64,000 nt of DNA, taken from Anaerolineales bacterium (lineage in GTDB: Bacteria > Chloroflexota > Anaerolineae > Anaerolineales > UBA11858). Shown here piece after piece: positions 17,992-27,620 of the stretch. The notes under the pieces are model-generated. The model was not told the DNA's origin, did no database searches, and saw only the letters and a program-made list of their open reading frames with translations. Position 1 is the first letter of the stretch; each line of letters begins with the position of its first letter. The translations under genes were made by a program, and so were the position numbers. Location of the stretch: assembly GCA_016785015.1 (NCBI GenBank), contig JADHTJ010000004.1, positions 16,142 through 80,141 of the forward strand. The letters run 5' to 3'.

Positions 17992-20900
17992 GACTCAAGA
18001 GACGCTCGATTAAGGGGCTGGTTGTTTTCTCCCAAGATGCAGAAGAGATAAATTCCTGAATAGCCATATTCGATGAAATGGAATCTCTATTCGCTAAAGC
18101 GTGATCAAGTTGTTCGGCGAAAGTCTGCGGGGTGTCCGCAAAAAGAACGCCAGGCCAGTCATGGAGCTCATCTAAGGGCGTGGAGACAACGGGCTTTCCC
18201 ATCGCCAGATACTCCAGCACTTTGAGCGGGCGTACAGCATGGGTCATTGGATTGATGTTGAATGGCAATATGCCCACATCAAAACGCGCGATATGTTTCG
18301 GGATGTCATCATAATTCACAGCAGCTCGATGGGTAATATTGGGGAGCGAAAGTTGTTTGATATCAATCGAGACAGAACCAATCAATTCAAATTCATATTC
18401 AGATCGCAGTTTGGCGATATCGTGCAGCAATTCAACCTCGATCCAATCGGCGATCGCGCCATGAAAACCAATGCAAGGTTTCTCATTTGCAATTGGGGAA
18501 TCTTTTGACAGCCGAGAGGGGTCCGACTTGAAATGTTCCAAGTCGACTCCGTTGGGGATCAATTTCACATCGGCTCGTTGGGGCTTGATACGCTGATACA
18601 AAACTTGTGAAGATGTAATCACCAGGTCAGCTTCATCGAGCAAACGCTGATGATAATCTACTGCCCGTATTCCCTCGGGCAAGGTATCATCCGCCAACTT
18701 GTGAATGCTGACATCGTCCAAAATATCATACACGATGAATGGATCATCATAATGATCAAGTTTTGTATAATTAAAAGGGTAGTAAATGAACACCACCGGA
18801 CGAAGTAAATTAACATCTTCTTGAGGGCCAAGAATGTGCAGCAGTTCATGGGGGCTTGTCAAACGCTGAGTAGGGTTCTGCCAGAACGTCTCAATGCCCC
18901 CTTTTGCTAACTGCATGGCAAGATGATGTGGGCGCTGCTTTATTCCTTCCCATGGAATGCCTGGCGCAATGGGGAAAAAGGCGACTTGGGGATCGATCCG
19001 TTCTCTTTTTTCATCAATAATCAAATGCCGGATGAGTATCTCCTTCCACTGTGCTCGCCAACGATGGATGGAGAAAGATTCAGCGACTTCGCGGCCGCAC
19101 GTAGCCAACTGCTTTCGCAACGCCGGGTTTTCAATCAGTTTTTCGAGCGCGTCTCTAAGTGCTTCTGCGGTAACGTCGATTAAAAGACCATTGTGATCAT
19201 GCAGTATTAAATTTGGCAAACCGCCCACATTCGTGGCAATGACCGCGTTCCCTGATGCCAGCGCTTCCAAACAAGACAACGATGTCCCCTCACTATGCAT
19301 CGTAGGCACAAGGGTGATATGCGCCTGCTGATAAGCCTTGTGCATTTCATCAGGCGGCAAAACTTCCCAACGGATGCGATCGGGATAGCGCTTGATCATT
19401 TCACCGATGTGCTGCGCCTCTTTATCATCAGCTCTACCTACAAAATAGAATTCCACTTGGGGGTAGCGCTCGAGAATGTCAGGCAGCATTTCGGCAACCA
19501 GCCAAAACCCACGCGGTTTATAAAGGCGTCGCGGATAAAGCACAACAATCTTTTCATCTTCTACATCTGGGGCGGGACTGAAAATTTCAGTATCTACAAA
19601 ATTTGGAATATAAACAAATTTATCTACTACATCAAAGGCACTGGCACGCATCCAATTGATCGTGTTGGTATCCACAGAAATGATTGAATCAAGTTTTTGA
19701 GCGGCAGCGGTTATGGCCTGCATGGCATCTTGGTCTGCATGAATTGATGGGTGATCCCAATAAATGCCGTGGCTGATCCCCACCGCAGCACCTTCACCAA
19801 CTTGTGTCGCCAAAGAAAATGGGGAGTATGTTGTCAGCGCTGCAGCGCACTCAAATTTCTGGAACTCGGTCGCCAATCGCGTCGCTTCGCCGCGGACATC
19901 AATCCCTGTGACTCGCAAATCTTGATAGTAGCGCACCCAATAACCGTTTCCACACTGAACCACCTCGGGGTAATAACCCTGCTCGCGAATCAATTTTGCC
20001 AGCTCGAGCAAATAACGTTCCGCGCCGCCAAAGAACATATTCTCGCCATCAAAATCAAAAAAGGTGTATGAGAGCATCATCACTCTCCGATCAGGCGAGA
20101 CTGCGGGATGTCCCAGGCTAACCGGGGGTTGATAGGACACATCCGATGGAACTTGTACCTTGAAAATATGGCGAATCTTTTTTAGGATTTTTTTGAATCT
20201 GATCGCATAGGAAATCAAGCCTAGTTTTGTGAAGATGCGAATCAGGAACGCCTTGAACCGTTGACGAAGGCTCAGCGTGAGAGGCGCTCGAAGGGCATTG
20301 ACCTGCCTCCGAAGATGGTCAATTTCTTGAATTTTACCGACCAGCACCCCCGTATGATCATGTTCGATCTGCCTGATGACACCCGCATGGTCAATATCAC
20401 GCTGCTGTTCAAACTCCGCTATCCTGCCCGTCAAATCATCAAATTTCTTCTGTTCAATTTCCCGCAATTCGCGTCGTAATGCCCCTGCGCTTTTCTGCTC
20501 AAGTTCTTTTATTTGTGCAGCTAAACGCGCTTCATGGCTTTTTTCAATGGACTGAATTTTCTCCTCGATGACGGCAGAGCTCTGGCGCTGAATATCTTCG
20601 ACACGTTGAACCAGGTCAACCACATTGGTCTGTTCTAGCTGATGAAGCTTCGCTTTTAGGGTTTCTATTTCTGAAAGAATGCCCACCCTGAGAGAATCTG
20701 TTTCCCGCTCCTTGCTGACTTGCAAGGCCAAAGCATCGGCCAGTGCAGACGTTATGGTTTCTACTTCCATCCCAGATGTTCGTACAGAATCCCCCCAACC
20801 CATTGGTGAAGGAGTATCATCAATGCTACCTAAGCCAACCACCAAATAACTTGTTTGCGATTCTGAAAGTATCCCTGAGCGATGCACATTCAACAGCAAT

Positions 20901-21541
20901 TCACTAAGTTGTGGCGAAATCCCTTCTAAGCCGGTAATAAAACTTTCCGTCCAGGAACTTCCAACGTGAGATTTTCCAAGGTAATGCAACCCCGCAGCTT
21001 CGAAAACTTCTGCCAAATCCATAGATGGGATCTCTTTGCCGAACGGCCATAACCCCTGGCCAGATTTTTGAATTCGCCATATCCAATACCAATAATTTTG
21101 GAAATTGGGTACCAGTACGAGCACATATTTCTTACTTCGGCTGGCCATTCCTTGTAACATAGCCACTTGTTGCTCAAAAGAATAATGCTCTAAAACCCCG
21201 GCATTGAACACCAAGTCATATTCAGGTTTCCCCAGTTGCAAAGCATCTTCAATCAAAAAGCTTGCAGGCAAATTAGCATCCCCAAAAACCTGGCGCGCCT
21301 TCTTTATTGCCTCGGTAGAAAAATCAAGCAAAGTTAGATCGTATCGATTTGTTTTGGCTAAAGCCAAACTTTGTTCCCCAGCTCCGCTGCCAGCTTCAAG
21401 AATATGTCCACCATCAGGGAGCAACGCCGCGACCATTTCAATAACTTCTTCCCGGAAACGAAGGACATTATTGCCTTCATCTTCTATAGAGAGAGATGCA
21501 TAGTATCGATCCCATTTCTGGCGTTCTTGTTCAGGATTCAT
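17972..21541 (-). CDS. multidomain protein: SAM-dependent methyltransferase / helical 15-residue-repeat spacer / amphipathic helix / GT4 glycosyltransferase / second GT-B glycosyltransferase
   Basis: 1189 aa. Methyltransferase motif I is HILEAGSGAGEQSLAL. Residues ~262-420 are helical, with six 15-aa repeats starting IQSIEKSHEARLAAQ. A basic amphipathic helix follows (RQRFKAFLIRIFTKLGLISYAIRFKKILKKIRHIF). The GT4 block is HSEGTSLSCLEALASGNAVIATNVGGLPNLI and the second GT-B block is RPLKVLEYLAMGKPVVSTPL. Confidence 0.75.
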   Translation of the reverse strand: MNPEQERQKWDRYYASLSIEDEGNNVLRFREEVIEMVAALLPDGGHILEAGSGAGEQSLALAKTNRYDLTLLDFSTEAIKKARQVFGDANLPASFLIEDALQLGKPEYDLVFNAGVLEHYSFEQQVAMLQGMASRSKKYVLVLVPNFQNYWYWIWRIQKSGQGLWPFGKEIPSMDLAEVFEAAGLHYLGKSHVGSSWTESFITGLEGISPQLSELLLNVHRSGILSESQTSYLVVGLGSIDDTPSPMGWGDSVRTSGMEVETITSALADALALQVSKERETDSLRVGILSEIETLKAKLHQLEQTNVVDLVQRVEDIQRQSSAVIEEKIQSIEKSHEARLAAQIKELEQKSAGALRRELREIEQKKFDDLTGRIAEFEQQRDIDHAGVIRQIEHDHTGVLVGKIQEIDHLRRQVNALRAPLTLSLRQRFKAFLIRIFTKLGLISYAIRFKKILKKIRHIFKVQVPSDVSYQPPVSLGHPAVSPDRRVMMLSYTFFDFDGENMFFGGAERYLLELAKLIREQGYYPEVVQCGNGYWVRYYQDLRVTGIDVRGEATRLATEFQKFECAAALTTYSPFSLATQVGEGAAVGISHGIYWDHPSIHADQDAMQAITAAAQKLDSIISVDTNTINWMRASAFDVVDKFVYIPNFVDTEIFSPAPDVEDEKIVVLYPRRLYKPRGFWLVAEMLPDILERYPQVEFYFVGRADDKEAQHIGEMIKRYPDRIRWEVLPPDEMHKAYQQAHITLVPTMHSEGTSLSCLEALASGNAVIATNVGGLPNLILHDHNGLLIDVTAEALRDALEKLIENPALRKQLATCGREVAESFSIHRWRAQWKEILIRHLIIDEKRERIDPQVAFFPIAPGIPWEGIKQRPHHLAMQLAKGGIETFWQNPTQRLTSPHELLHILGPQEDVNLLRPVVFIYYPFNYTKLDHYDDPFIVYDILDDVSIHKLADDTLPEGIRAVDYHQRLLDEADLVITSSQVLYQRIKPQRADVKLIPNGVDLEHFKSDPSRLSKDSPIANEKPCIGFHGAIADWIEVELLHDIAKLRSEYEFELIGSVSIDIKQLSLPNITHRAAVNYDDIPKHIARFDVGILPFNINPMTHAVRPLKVLEYLAMGKPVVSTPLDELHDWPGVLFADTPQTFAEQLDHALANRDSISSNMAIQEFISSASWEKTTSPLIERLLSREHGEV

Positions 21542-21630
21542 AAAATCTTATTAAACACAAAGTTCATTGGCAACATAGCACTACTGACAATATTACCAAT
21601 GAACTCATGGTTACTGAAGTCCGTTCTGCT

Positions 21631-22416
21631 TCAGCGGAACATACCGCGTCGGCGCCAATTAATTATTGGAGCCAAAAGGCGGCGAATGAAGTATCGAAAA
21701 TAGATCCACGAAAACCAACTACCGCCCTCCCGGCGATGGATGCGCAGCATCTCCGGCCAGCAGTGTTCATCTGCAGCGATTGTCTTGGCATCATCGTGCA
21801 AGCGGAAATTTGCCCAAATGTGACCTGGGAGATATCGAATCTCGGAAACTTTGGATAATCGCACCCACAGATCGTAATCCATGGCGAAATAGAAACTTGG
21901 ATCCAACGGGCCAACTTCCCGCCACAAATCGGCTCGCCAAAAAGCTGCCTGCTGAGGGATATAGACTCCGCCCCTTCGCAGACGCGTGTAGCTAGTCTGC
22001 TGGGCGTTAAATTTACCAATCATCTGGTCATCGGCAGCGATGAAGTTCGCATCGCCATAAACCATGCCAATTTCGGAATTCACCTGTAAGAACTTCACCG
22101 CTTCAGAGATTGCTCCAGGCTGGTACGTATCGTCAGAATTCAGCCATGCCAGGATATCACCTTTGGCTTGCGCGAAACCCTTGTTGATGGCCGCCGTTTG
22201 GCCTTGATCCTCTTCGGATACCCACCAGGCGATCTGATCTTGATATTCTTGAATGATGCCAACACTACCATCGCTTGAACCGCCATCAATAACAATATAT
22301 TCTACGTGAGGGTAATCCTGCTGCAATATCGAGAGAATTGTCGCTTCTAGATATTTGGCCTGATTAAAGGATGGAGTAACAATAGAAACTAGCGGATGCT
22401 GATCCACTGATTCCAT
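21631..22416 (-). CDS. glycosyltransferase family 2 (GT-A fold)
   Basis: 261 aa with [44 protein letters not shown] and the DxD-type block AWLNSDDTY. It is a paralogue of the N-terminal domain of the next gene upstream. Confidence 0.85.
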   Translation of the reverse strand: MESVDQHPLVSIVTPSFNQAKYLEATILSILQQDYPHVEYIVIDGGSSDGSVGIIQEYQDQIAWWVSEEDQGQTAAINKGFAQAKGDILAWLNSDDTYQPGAISEAVKFLQVNSEIGMVYGDANFIAADDQMIGKFNAQQTSYTRLRRGGVYIPQQAAFWRADLWREVGPLDPSFYFAMDYDLWVRLSKVSEIRYLPGHIWANFRLHDDAKTIAADEHCWPEMLRIHRREGGSWFSWIYFRYFIRRLLAPIINWRRRGMFR

Positions 22417-24260
22417 TCCTCTTCAGAGTAGAATTTTTCGATCACATCCGCGGTCAGGTGCTTTACTCGGGCGATCTCATCTTCAGTAAGACGATGCATC
22501 CAATTGAACAAATTTTCCCGGCTATCTAGCTGCGTAGAAAATTCTTTCTGTCTTGGCTGCTCGGGAGGGTTCTTTGGGCGAGTAGATCGCATAATCGAAT
22601 GGCTAACCCAAGGGGTAAAAGAAAGCCCCAAGGCATCGTACATTTCATGGTATCCCTCTGTGGGTTGTAGTGAAATATCTTCATGCCTCACCACCACAAA
22701 ATCCGGATGTGTTTCTTTATATCGGTCCACGACACAATAAACCATGCGCCACAGAAGGGCACCCTGTCCGATAATATCATCATCCAAACCTAACATTCCT
22801 TCCATGTCTTCTTTGAAGGGTTGCAAGTGATCACGCATTAAGAGTGGTTGATCCAAGATATTCTGAAAATCGAAAGTCCATCCTAATCGTTTGAGGCTGC
22901 TGACGAAAGCTACTGGATGCCGCACAACGATAACAATTTTGCATCCCAAACGTTTTGCAAACCAAGGGCAGGAGAATACGGCAAATGGATCTTTAAGCAA
23001 TGGCCGCGCATCGGTAAGATTCCCCTGAAGAAAGCGCCACATATCCCGCAGCATGCGACCAAAATCCCGGGGCGAACGAATTGAGAGAATCTCGGTACTG
23101 AAGTGATAACGATATTCAACAGTTTCACTCAGGGCAGGGAGAAAATTGTTTTCGTTTTCGTCGCAGATATATTGGTACCAATGCTCGACCGGTTTGCGCA
23201 TCACCCCAGGCCGATGCCAAAGGTTAAGAGGTTCGCTGAGATAAATCACATCCTTGCTGGCAGCGATCATCTTGCCAACCCATGTCGTTCCAGAGCGATG
23301 TACACCCGTAATGAGTATTGGCGCACTGCGCCCCTCGATCCTTAGGCCTGGCCATGTTTTTAGGCGAGGATCATCACCCACATCCGGCCGAAAATGCACC
23401 ATCAAAGAGTAGTACCAATCCGCAGTGCCGCTCCAACCGAGAAGGCTCAAAAAGGCATAGATTATGCGGTGCCAATAGAATTTGAGCAAACGCGGGTTTC
23501 GGATAGTTGCCCGCCAGTAATCTCGCAATGCAGGGCCGGGCAATCCACCTTCAAGTAAATAACGTCCACTGATGCGGAAGGCGCCGCCTAATATTCTTCT
23601 CTTAAGTTTCTTTAGTGAGGGCTGTAATGAACTGCGGGTTTGCATCCAATCGAGGACATGAAAAACTTCGGTGCTGAATTCAGCCGCGCGAGCTACATTT
23701 TTCGCTTCTCGATGATGTCGAGCACCGGCCCAAATTTCGGGGATGTGCTTGACTTCTGAGATTTCAGCAATTCGCAGCCACAGATGATGATCAAGTAGAT
23801 AATGGTAATTAGAGTCTAGAAAACCAACCTTCTGAAGGGGGTCCCGCCGCATAAACACTGCAGGCTGACAAATAATGTTGTAACACATCAACTCATCCAA
23901 ACCCAAATCACCAAAGGTTTGATTGTGAAGAGGGTACCCATTAGCGTCCATCGAGATGGCATTGCCAAATACCATTCCTATATCCGGATTTTCGTCCAGC
24001 GCGCTAACCGCCTGTGATATAGCATCCGGGAAATAAATGTCATCAGAATTCAACCAGGCCACCACATCCCCCTGCGCCCTTTTCAACCCTTTATTGATCG
24101 CCTCTGCCTGACCTTTGTCTGATTCCGATACCCACCAGGCTAAATGATCAGCATACTTCTTGATGATATCCACACTTCCATCTGTTGACGCCCCATCGAC
24201 GATGATATATTCGATATTGGGATAATCTTGCGCCAACACCGAACGAATGGTATCTTCCAA
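22389..24260 (-). CDS. bifunctional GT2 glycosyltransferase / sulfotransferase fusion protein
   Basis: The N-terminal GT2 domain shows [17 protein letters not shown] and AWLNSDDIY. The C-terminal sulfotransferase domain shows a 5'-PSB-like [18 protein letters not shown] and a 3'-PB-like [12 protein letters not shown]. The track start (TTG 24260) cuts off the conserved first strand. The frame stays open upstream and encodes [15 protein letters not shown], so the true start may be non-canonical near 24323. Confidence 0.75.
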   Translation of the reverse strand: MEDTIRSVLAQDYPNIEYIIVDGASTDGSVDIIKKYADHLAWWVSESDKGQAEAINKGLKRAQGDVVAWLNSDDIYFPDAISQAVSALDENPDIGMVFGNAISMDANGYPLHNQTFGDLGLDELMCYNIICQPAVFMRRDPLQKVGFLDSNYHYLLDHHLWLRIAEISEVKHIPEIWAGARHHREAKNVARAAEFSTEVFHVLDWMQTRSSLQPSLKKLKRRILGGAFRISGRYLLEGGLPGPALRDYWRATIRNPRLLKFYWHRIIYAFLSLLGWSGTADWYYSLMVHFRPDVGDDPRLKTWPGLRIEGRSAPILITGVHRSGTTWVGKMIAASKDVIYLSEPLNLWHRPGVMRKPVEHWYQYICDENENNFLPALSETVEYRYHFSTEILSIRSPRDFGRMLRDMWRFLQGNLTDARPLLKDPFAVFSCPWFAKRLGCKIVIVVRHPVAFVSSLKRLGWTFDFQNILDQPLLMRDHLQPFKEDMEGMLGLDDDIIGQGALLWRMVYCVVDRYKETHPDFVVVRHEDISLQPTEGYHEMYDALGLSFTPWVSHSIMRSTRPKNPPEQPRQKEFSTQLDSRENLFNWMHRLTEDEIARVKHLTADVIEKFYSEEEWNQWISIR

Positions 24261-24331
24261 AAACTGCGCCTGGTTATAGGATGGAGTAATAATAGAAACG
24301 AGTGGTTGCTTTTTAGAATTCAGGATTTGCC

Positions 24332-25879
24332 TTACCTTTTGAGATTAAAAATAATATATCCGTCGCCCTCGGCGAATACTTCATAATTCGAGTAGAGTAT
24401 TTCTTTCAGTTCAGGGGTGTTATTCAATTCACCAATTTGGGTGGTCACAAAGTAATCATAATTATTGATGGCATCAAAACTGTTCTCCAACACATCTTTC
24501 TCTGATGCTCCTGCTAAAACTCGCAAATTTACATCACCAGGTCGAATCCAGGGATCGTTGGGAACCCAACCATAATAGCTGAGCGTGTGCCCGTAAGCCT
24601 GACTCATTGCAAGGACACGTGCTCCAGGTTCAATGAATTCGCCAACTTCTTCGTAGAAAGCCGCATCGCCACGATAGTCTGTGCGGATCAGATTTACGCG
24701 TACATCCCAAACCTTGAAGAAAGCTCCTGCAAATAGCAAAAGGACAACAATTGCTCGAACCCAGTTCCCTTTCTCAACAGAGGCGATGCGAGACAAAAAT
24801 TCAGAAGCAACAACAGTAATCGAGATAGCAACAATCAGAATCAGAGGAAGCTGATAATAATCGTGAGTCAGGGTGTGATAGGGGAATGTCATGCTATAAG
24901 CAAAATACCCCAACCAAAGGCCCCCTAGAAGTCCGCGTTTCCCTTTATCTGCTATCATGAAAATACTGGCAAGAGCCACTAGAACTGTGCCAAACCCGCT
25001 GATATTGGTGGCCATTTCCTGCCAGCGGATATAAAAAGCTGGATCCCGCCACATGGCTGGAAAAAAACGATAATCGAGCTGCTGCTGCAAAAATCCAGCA
25101 ATCCACAGTCCGAAAATATAGAATAGAGTCATTGGCAGTACCGTCAAAAACCCCATGACCCAAATCTGTTTATCGCGCAGTGCCTGACGAAAGCCTATGC
25201 CTAAAAGAATTAATCCAATAAACGCTCCACCAACAAAGAAGACAGCCACGCTCTTTACATATATTGCCAAGCCCCCAATGATCCCAGCTAGAATTGCCAT
25301 CCGAAATGATCTAATTTGATACCAACGGATCACAGCCAAAATCGACCAGGCAAATAGGGCGGTCATCAAAGGGTCTGGTTGAAATGTTCGAGTTGCATAA
25401 ATACTGTAGGGCAGGAACAGCAAATAAAACATTGCTACAAGGCCCCCGTCAAAGGTGGCTAAATCCCGTCCCAGCAACAAAACTGCTACGCCTGCACTGA
25501 TCCAGAAAAGAGAAGACAAGAGCCGCGGAATCCACAGATACTCTCCTCCTACAAGATGATACAACCACGCCGCTAATTGCTCCATCACCTGGGGTTCAAT
25601 GATCGCCTCTTTATTTGCCGATTCAAGTGCCGAATCTCGCTGCCAATCTGGTACGTGTTCTAGATTTTCATAGTACAGTCCACGCGCAATAATGGCGGCT
25701 CGAGTTTGACGGGTAGCATGAAAGTCAAAAGGCAAGTCAGTCAGATCATAAGCACGAATTCCCAAACCCAAAGTAAGTGCCAAAATCACGACGGTCCAAA
25801 AGAGCCATTGGGATATAAAGAATCGCTTCGATTGTAAATTCAATTCATTGTCGGTCATAATTACGAAAAAATTCGCCAA
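24332..25879 (-). CDS. GT-C family glycosyltransferase candidate (ArnT/GT39/GT83-like), tandem paralogue 1
   Basis: 515 aa and polytopic. N-terminal third: [15 protein letters not shown]...[47 protein letters not shown]...[10 protein letters not shown]. It is clearly homologous along its length to the next gene (e.g. [15 protein letters not shown] vs DADYFVVTAKNQLNN). Confidence 0.5.
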   Translation of the reverse strand: MANFFVIMTDNELNLQSKRFFISQWLFWTVVILALTLGLGIRAYDLTDLPFDFHATRQTRAAIIARGLYYENLEHVPDWQRDSALESANKEAIIEPQVMEQLAAWLYHLVGGEYLWIPRLLSSLFWISAGVAVLLLGRDLATFDGGLVAMFYLLFLPYSIYATRTFQPDPLMTALFAWSILAVIRWYQIRSFRMAILAGIIGGLAIYVKSVAVFFVGGAFIGLILLGIGFRQALRDKQIWVMGFLTVLPMTLFYIFGLWIAGFLQQQLDYRFFPAMWRDPAFYIRWQEMATNISGFGTVLVALASIFMIADKGKRGLLGGLWLGYFAYSMTFPYHTLTHDYYQLPLILIVAISITVVASEFLSRIASVEKGNWVRAIVVLLLFAGAFFKVWDVRVNLIRTDYRGDAAFYEEVGEFIEPGARVLAMSQAYGHTLSYYGWVPNDPWIRPGDVNLRVLAGASEKDVLENSFDAINNYDYFVTTQIGELNNTPELKEILYSNYEVFAEGDGYIIFNLKR

Positions 25880-25882
25880 AGA

Positions 25883-27409
25883 TCAGGGGTTTAAATCGTA
25901 GACAATATAGCCCACACCCTGAGTGTATACAGGGTATGAAGCATCGAGATAATCCTTTAATTCATTGTTGAGTTGATTCTTTGCAGTGACGACAAAATAA
26001 TCTGCATCACCTGTGCGTTCAGAAAAGTTATTGCTGCCTGCCCCTTGAGGCCAAAGTTGAATCGTTCGCCAACCATAATACATCAGGCGGAAGCCATAAT
26101 CTTGGGTTACACCAATCAATTTCGCATCAGCTGGGATGGCTTCGCCAACTTCTGCCCAGTAGGATGGGTGATCACTGAAATCCTGTCCGATCAATATGGA
26201 TTGTCCGATGCGGGCATTATAAACTACAGCAACAACTGCAATACCTACAGATAAAACCTGAACGAATATTCCACGTTTTTGCACTATGGTGCTCACAAGC
26301 GCAACCAGAGCAGGCAAAGATAAAGACACAACAACCAACAAAGGAAGATGGTAATAATCATGCGTGGTGATATGATGCGGGAATGTAAGGCCATAAATGA
26401 AATAGCTGCCCCAAAATCCCCACAATAGTGCCCTGCTGCGGTGAGAAACCAAGAACGTTCCCACGAAAGAAGCCAAAACAACGCTGGGCTCCATCAGGCT
26501 GCTGACGCGGATCATCCAACGCATATAAAATGAGAGGTTGAGAACATCTCTCCAGCGAGATAAGATCGTCCAATTGACTAAGTAGGATGAAGAACTCTCA
26601 CCTGAGCCCAGCAGGTAATATGCTAAGGCTGGAGCGATCATCAAAGCAGCCATCACCCAAACATGTAGGTTTCGAAACCCAGATTTCAAGTTGCTGAGGC
26701 GCCATTTTGGAATCTCTTGTTTTTGAGAATCAATTTGCACACCCAGGGAGTAGATCACAACCCCAATCGCCATACCCCCCACAAAGAACGCGCCAATCAC
26801 CTTCACAAATGCCGCGGCACCCCCAAAAATTCCTGCACAGATCGCCCAGCGCCAGGATCGCACTTCTGACCAGCGGTTCAGCGCCCAACCGGTCAGAATC
26901 ACCAACATTATCATCCCCAGATCAGGCTGGAAGGAGCGGCTGGCTAAAATGCTAAATGGTACGAATAGAAAATAGCCAACACCAAAGAGAGCACCCAACC
27001 TAGAAGTCATCCGGCGGGACAGATCATACAGAGCAACAGATCCAATTACCCAGAAGGTGGTTGTGTAGATGCGCGCAACCCAAACATTCTCTGCACCCAT
27101 CAGCTGGTAGGTGGAAGCTACCAACCATTCCAATACAGATGGCTCGAGGCGTTCCATCATTTTCCAATGCGTTGTTGCTAATTGACGCTGCAAGCTGCCA
27201 TCATCGGGTTGATTTGAATAATAAATGCCTCGAGCTATGATCGCAGAGCGAAGTTGGCGGGTAGGATTAAACCCCAAAGGCGGATCCCTCAAATCGACCA
27301 TCCGAAGAAGGAAACCAATTCCGAGGAGAACTACCAGGATCCCAATCAATACCCAGCGGTATTTTCTAGTTTCTTGCTGATCAGCAATTAATAAAGGTGT
27401 GCTTTGCAA
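25883..27409 (-). CDS. GT-C family glycosyltransferase candidate (ArnT/GT39/GT83-like), tandem paralogue 2
   Basis: 508 aa with the same layout as 24332..25879 (TRQLRSAIIARGIYY...LEPSVLEWLVASTYQLMGAENVWVARIYTTTFWVIGSVALYDLSRRM...SRSFQPDLGM). Separated from its paralogue by 3 nt. Confidence 0.5.
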   Translation of the reverse strand: MQSTPLLIADQQETRKYRWVLIGILVVLLGIGFLLRMVDLRDPPLGFNPTRQLRSAIIARGIYYSNQPDDGSLQRQLATTHWKMMERLEPSVLEWLVASTYQLMGAENVWVARIYTTTFWVIGSVALYDLSRRMTSRLGALFGVGYFLFVPFSILASRSFQPDLGMIMLVILTGWALNRWSEVRSWRWAICAGIFGGAAAFVKVIGAFFVGGMAIGVVIYSLGVQIDSQKQEIPKWRLSNLKSGFRNLHVWVMAALMIAPALAYYLLGSGESSSSYLVNWTILSRWRDVLNLSFYMRWMIRVSSLMEPSVVLASFVGTFLVSHRSRALLWGFWGSYFIYGLTFPHHITTHDYYHLPLLVVVSLSLPALVALVSTIVQKRGIFVQVLSVGIAVVAVVYNARIGQSILIGQDFSDHPSYWAEVGEAIPADAKLIGVTQDYGFRLMYYGWRTIQLWPQGAGSNNFSERTGDADYFVVTAKNQLNNELKDYLDASYPVYTQGVGYIVYDLNP

Positions 27410-27467
27410 ATTTAATTTCTCTTGGATCCCACTTTTTAATTGGGATCCGGAAAGTATTTTAAATTCC

Positions 27468-27592
27468 TGTCATTCTGAACCCCGTCGCCGCAGGCGTGCA
27501 AAGCAAGGTGTGACACTTGCACCTGCGTTACAAGTACAGGTGAGAACCTCTGCCCTAAGGGCAGGAGACTCTTCGCTTTGCTCAGAGTGACA
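27468..27592. repeat. MITE-like palindromic intergenic repeat, family B copy 1 (TGTCAYTCTGARC termini)
   Basis: Termini are tgtcattctgaac ... gctcagagtgaca. Internal hairpins are cgcaggcgtgcaa/ttgcacctgcg and ctgccc taa gggcag. The first ~45 nt match 34376ff at roughly 80-85% by eye. Confidence 0.8.
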
Positions 27593-27620
27593 CATTTATT
27601 AGACACTTTCCGATAAATAC

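Noticed and set aside
24332-24347. Programmed -1 frameshift fusing the GT-C gene 24332..25879 to the GT2-sulfotransferase ORF
   Set aside because: The frames are offset by one nt and the GT2 frame is open across the junction. However, there is no slippery heptamer, and fusing a polytopic membrane protein to a cytoplasmic GT2 has no precedent that I know of. A non-canonical start codon is the simpler explanation.
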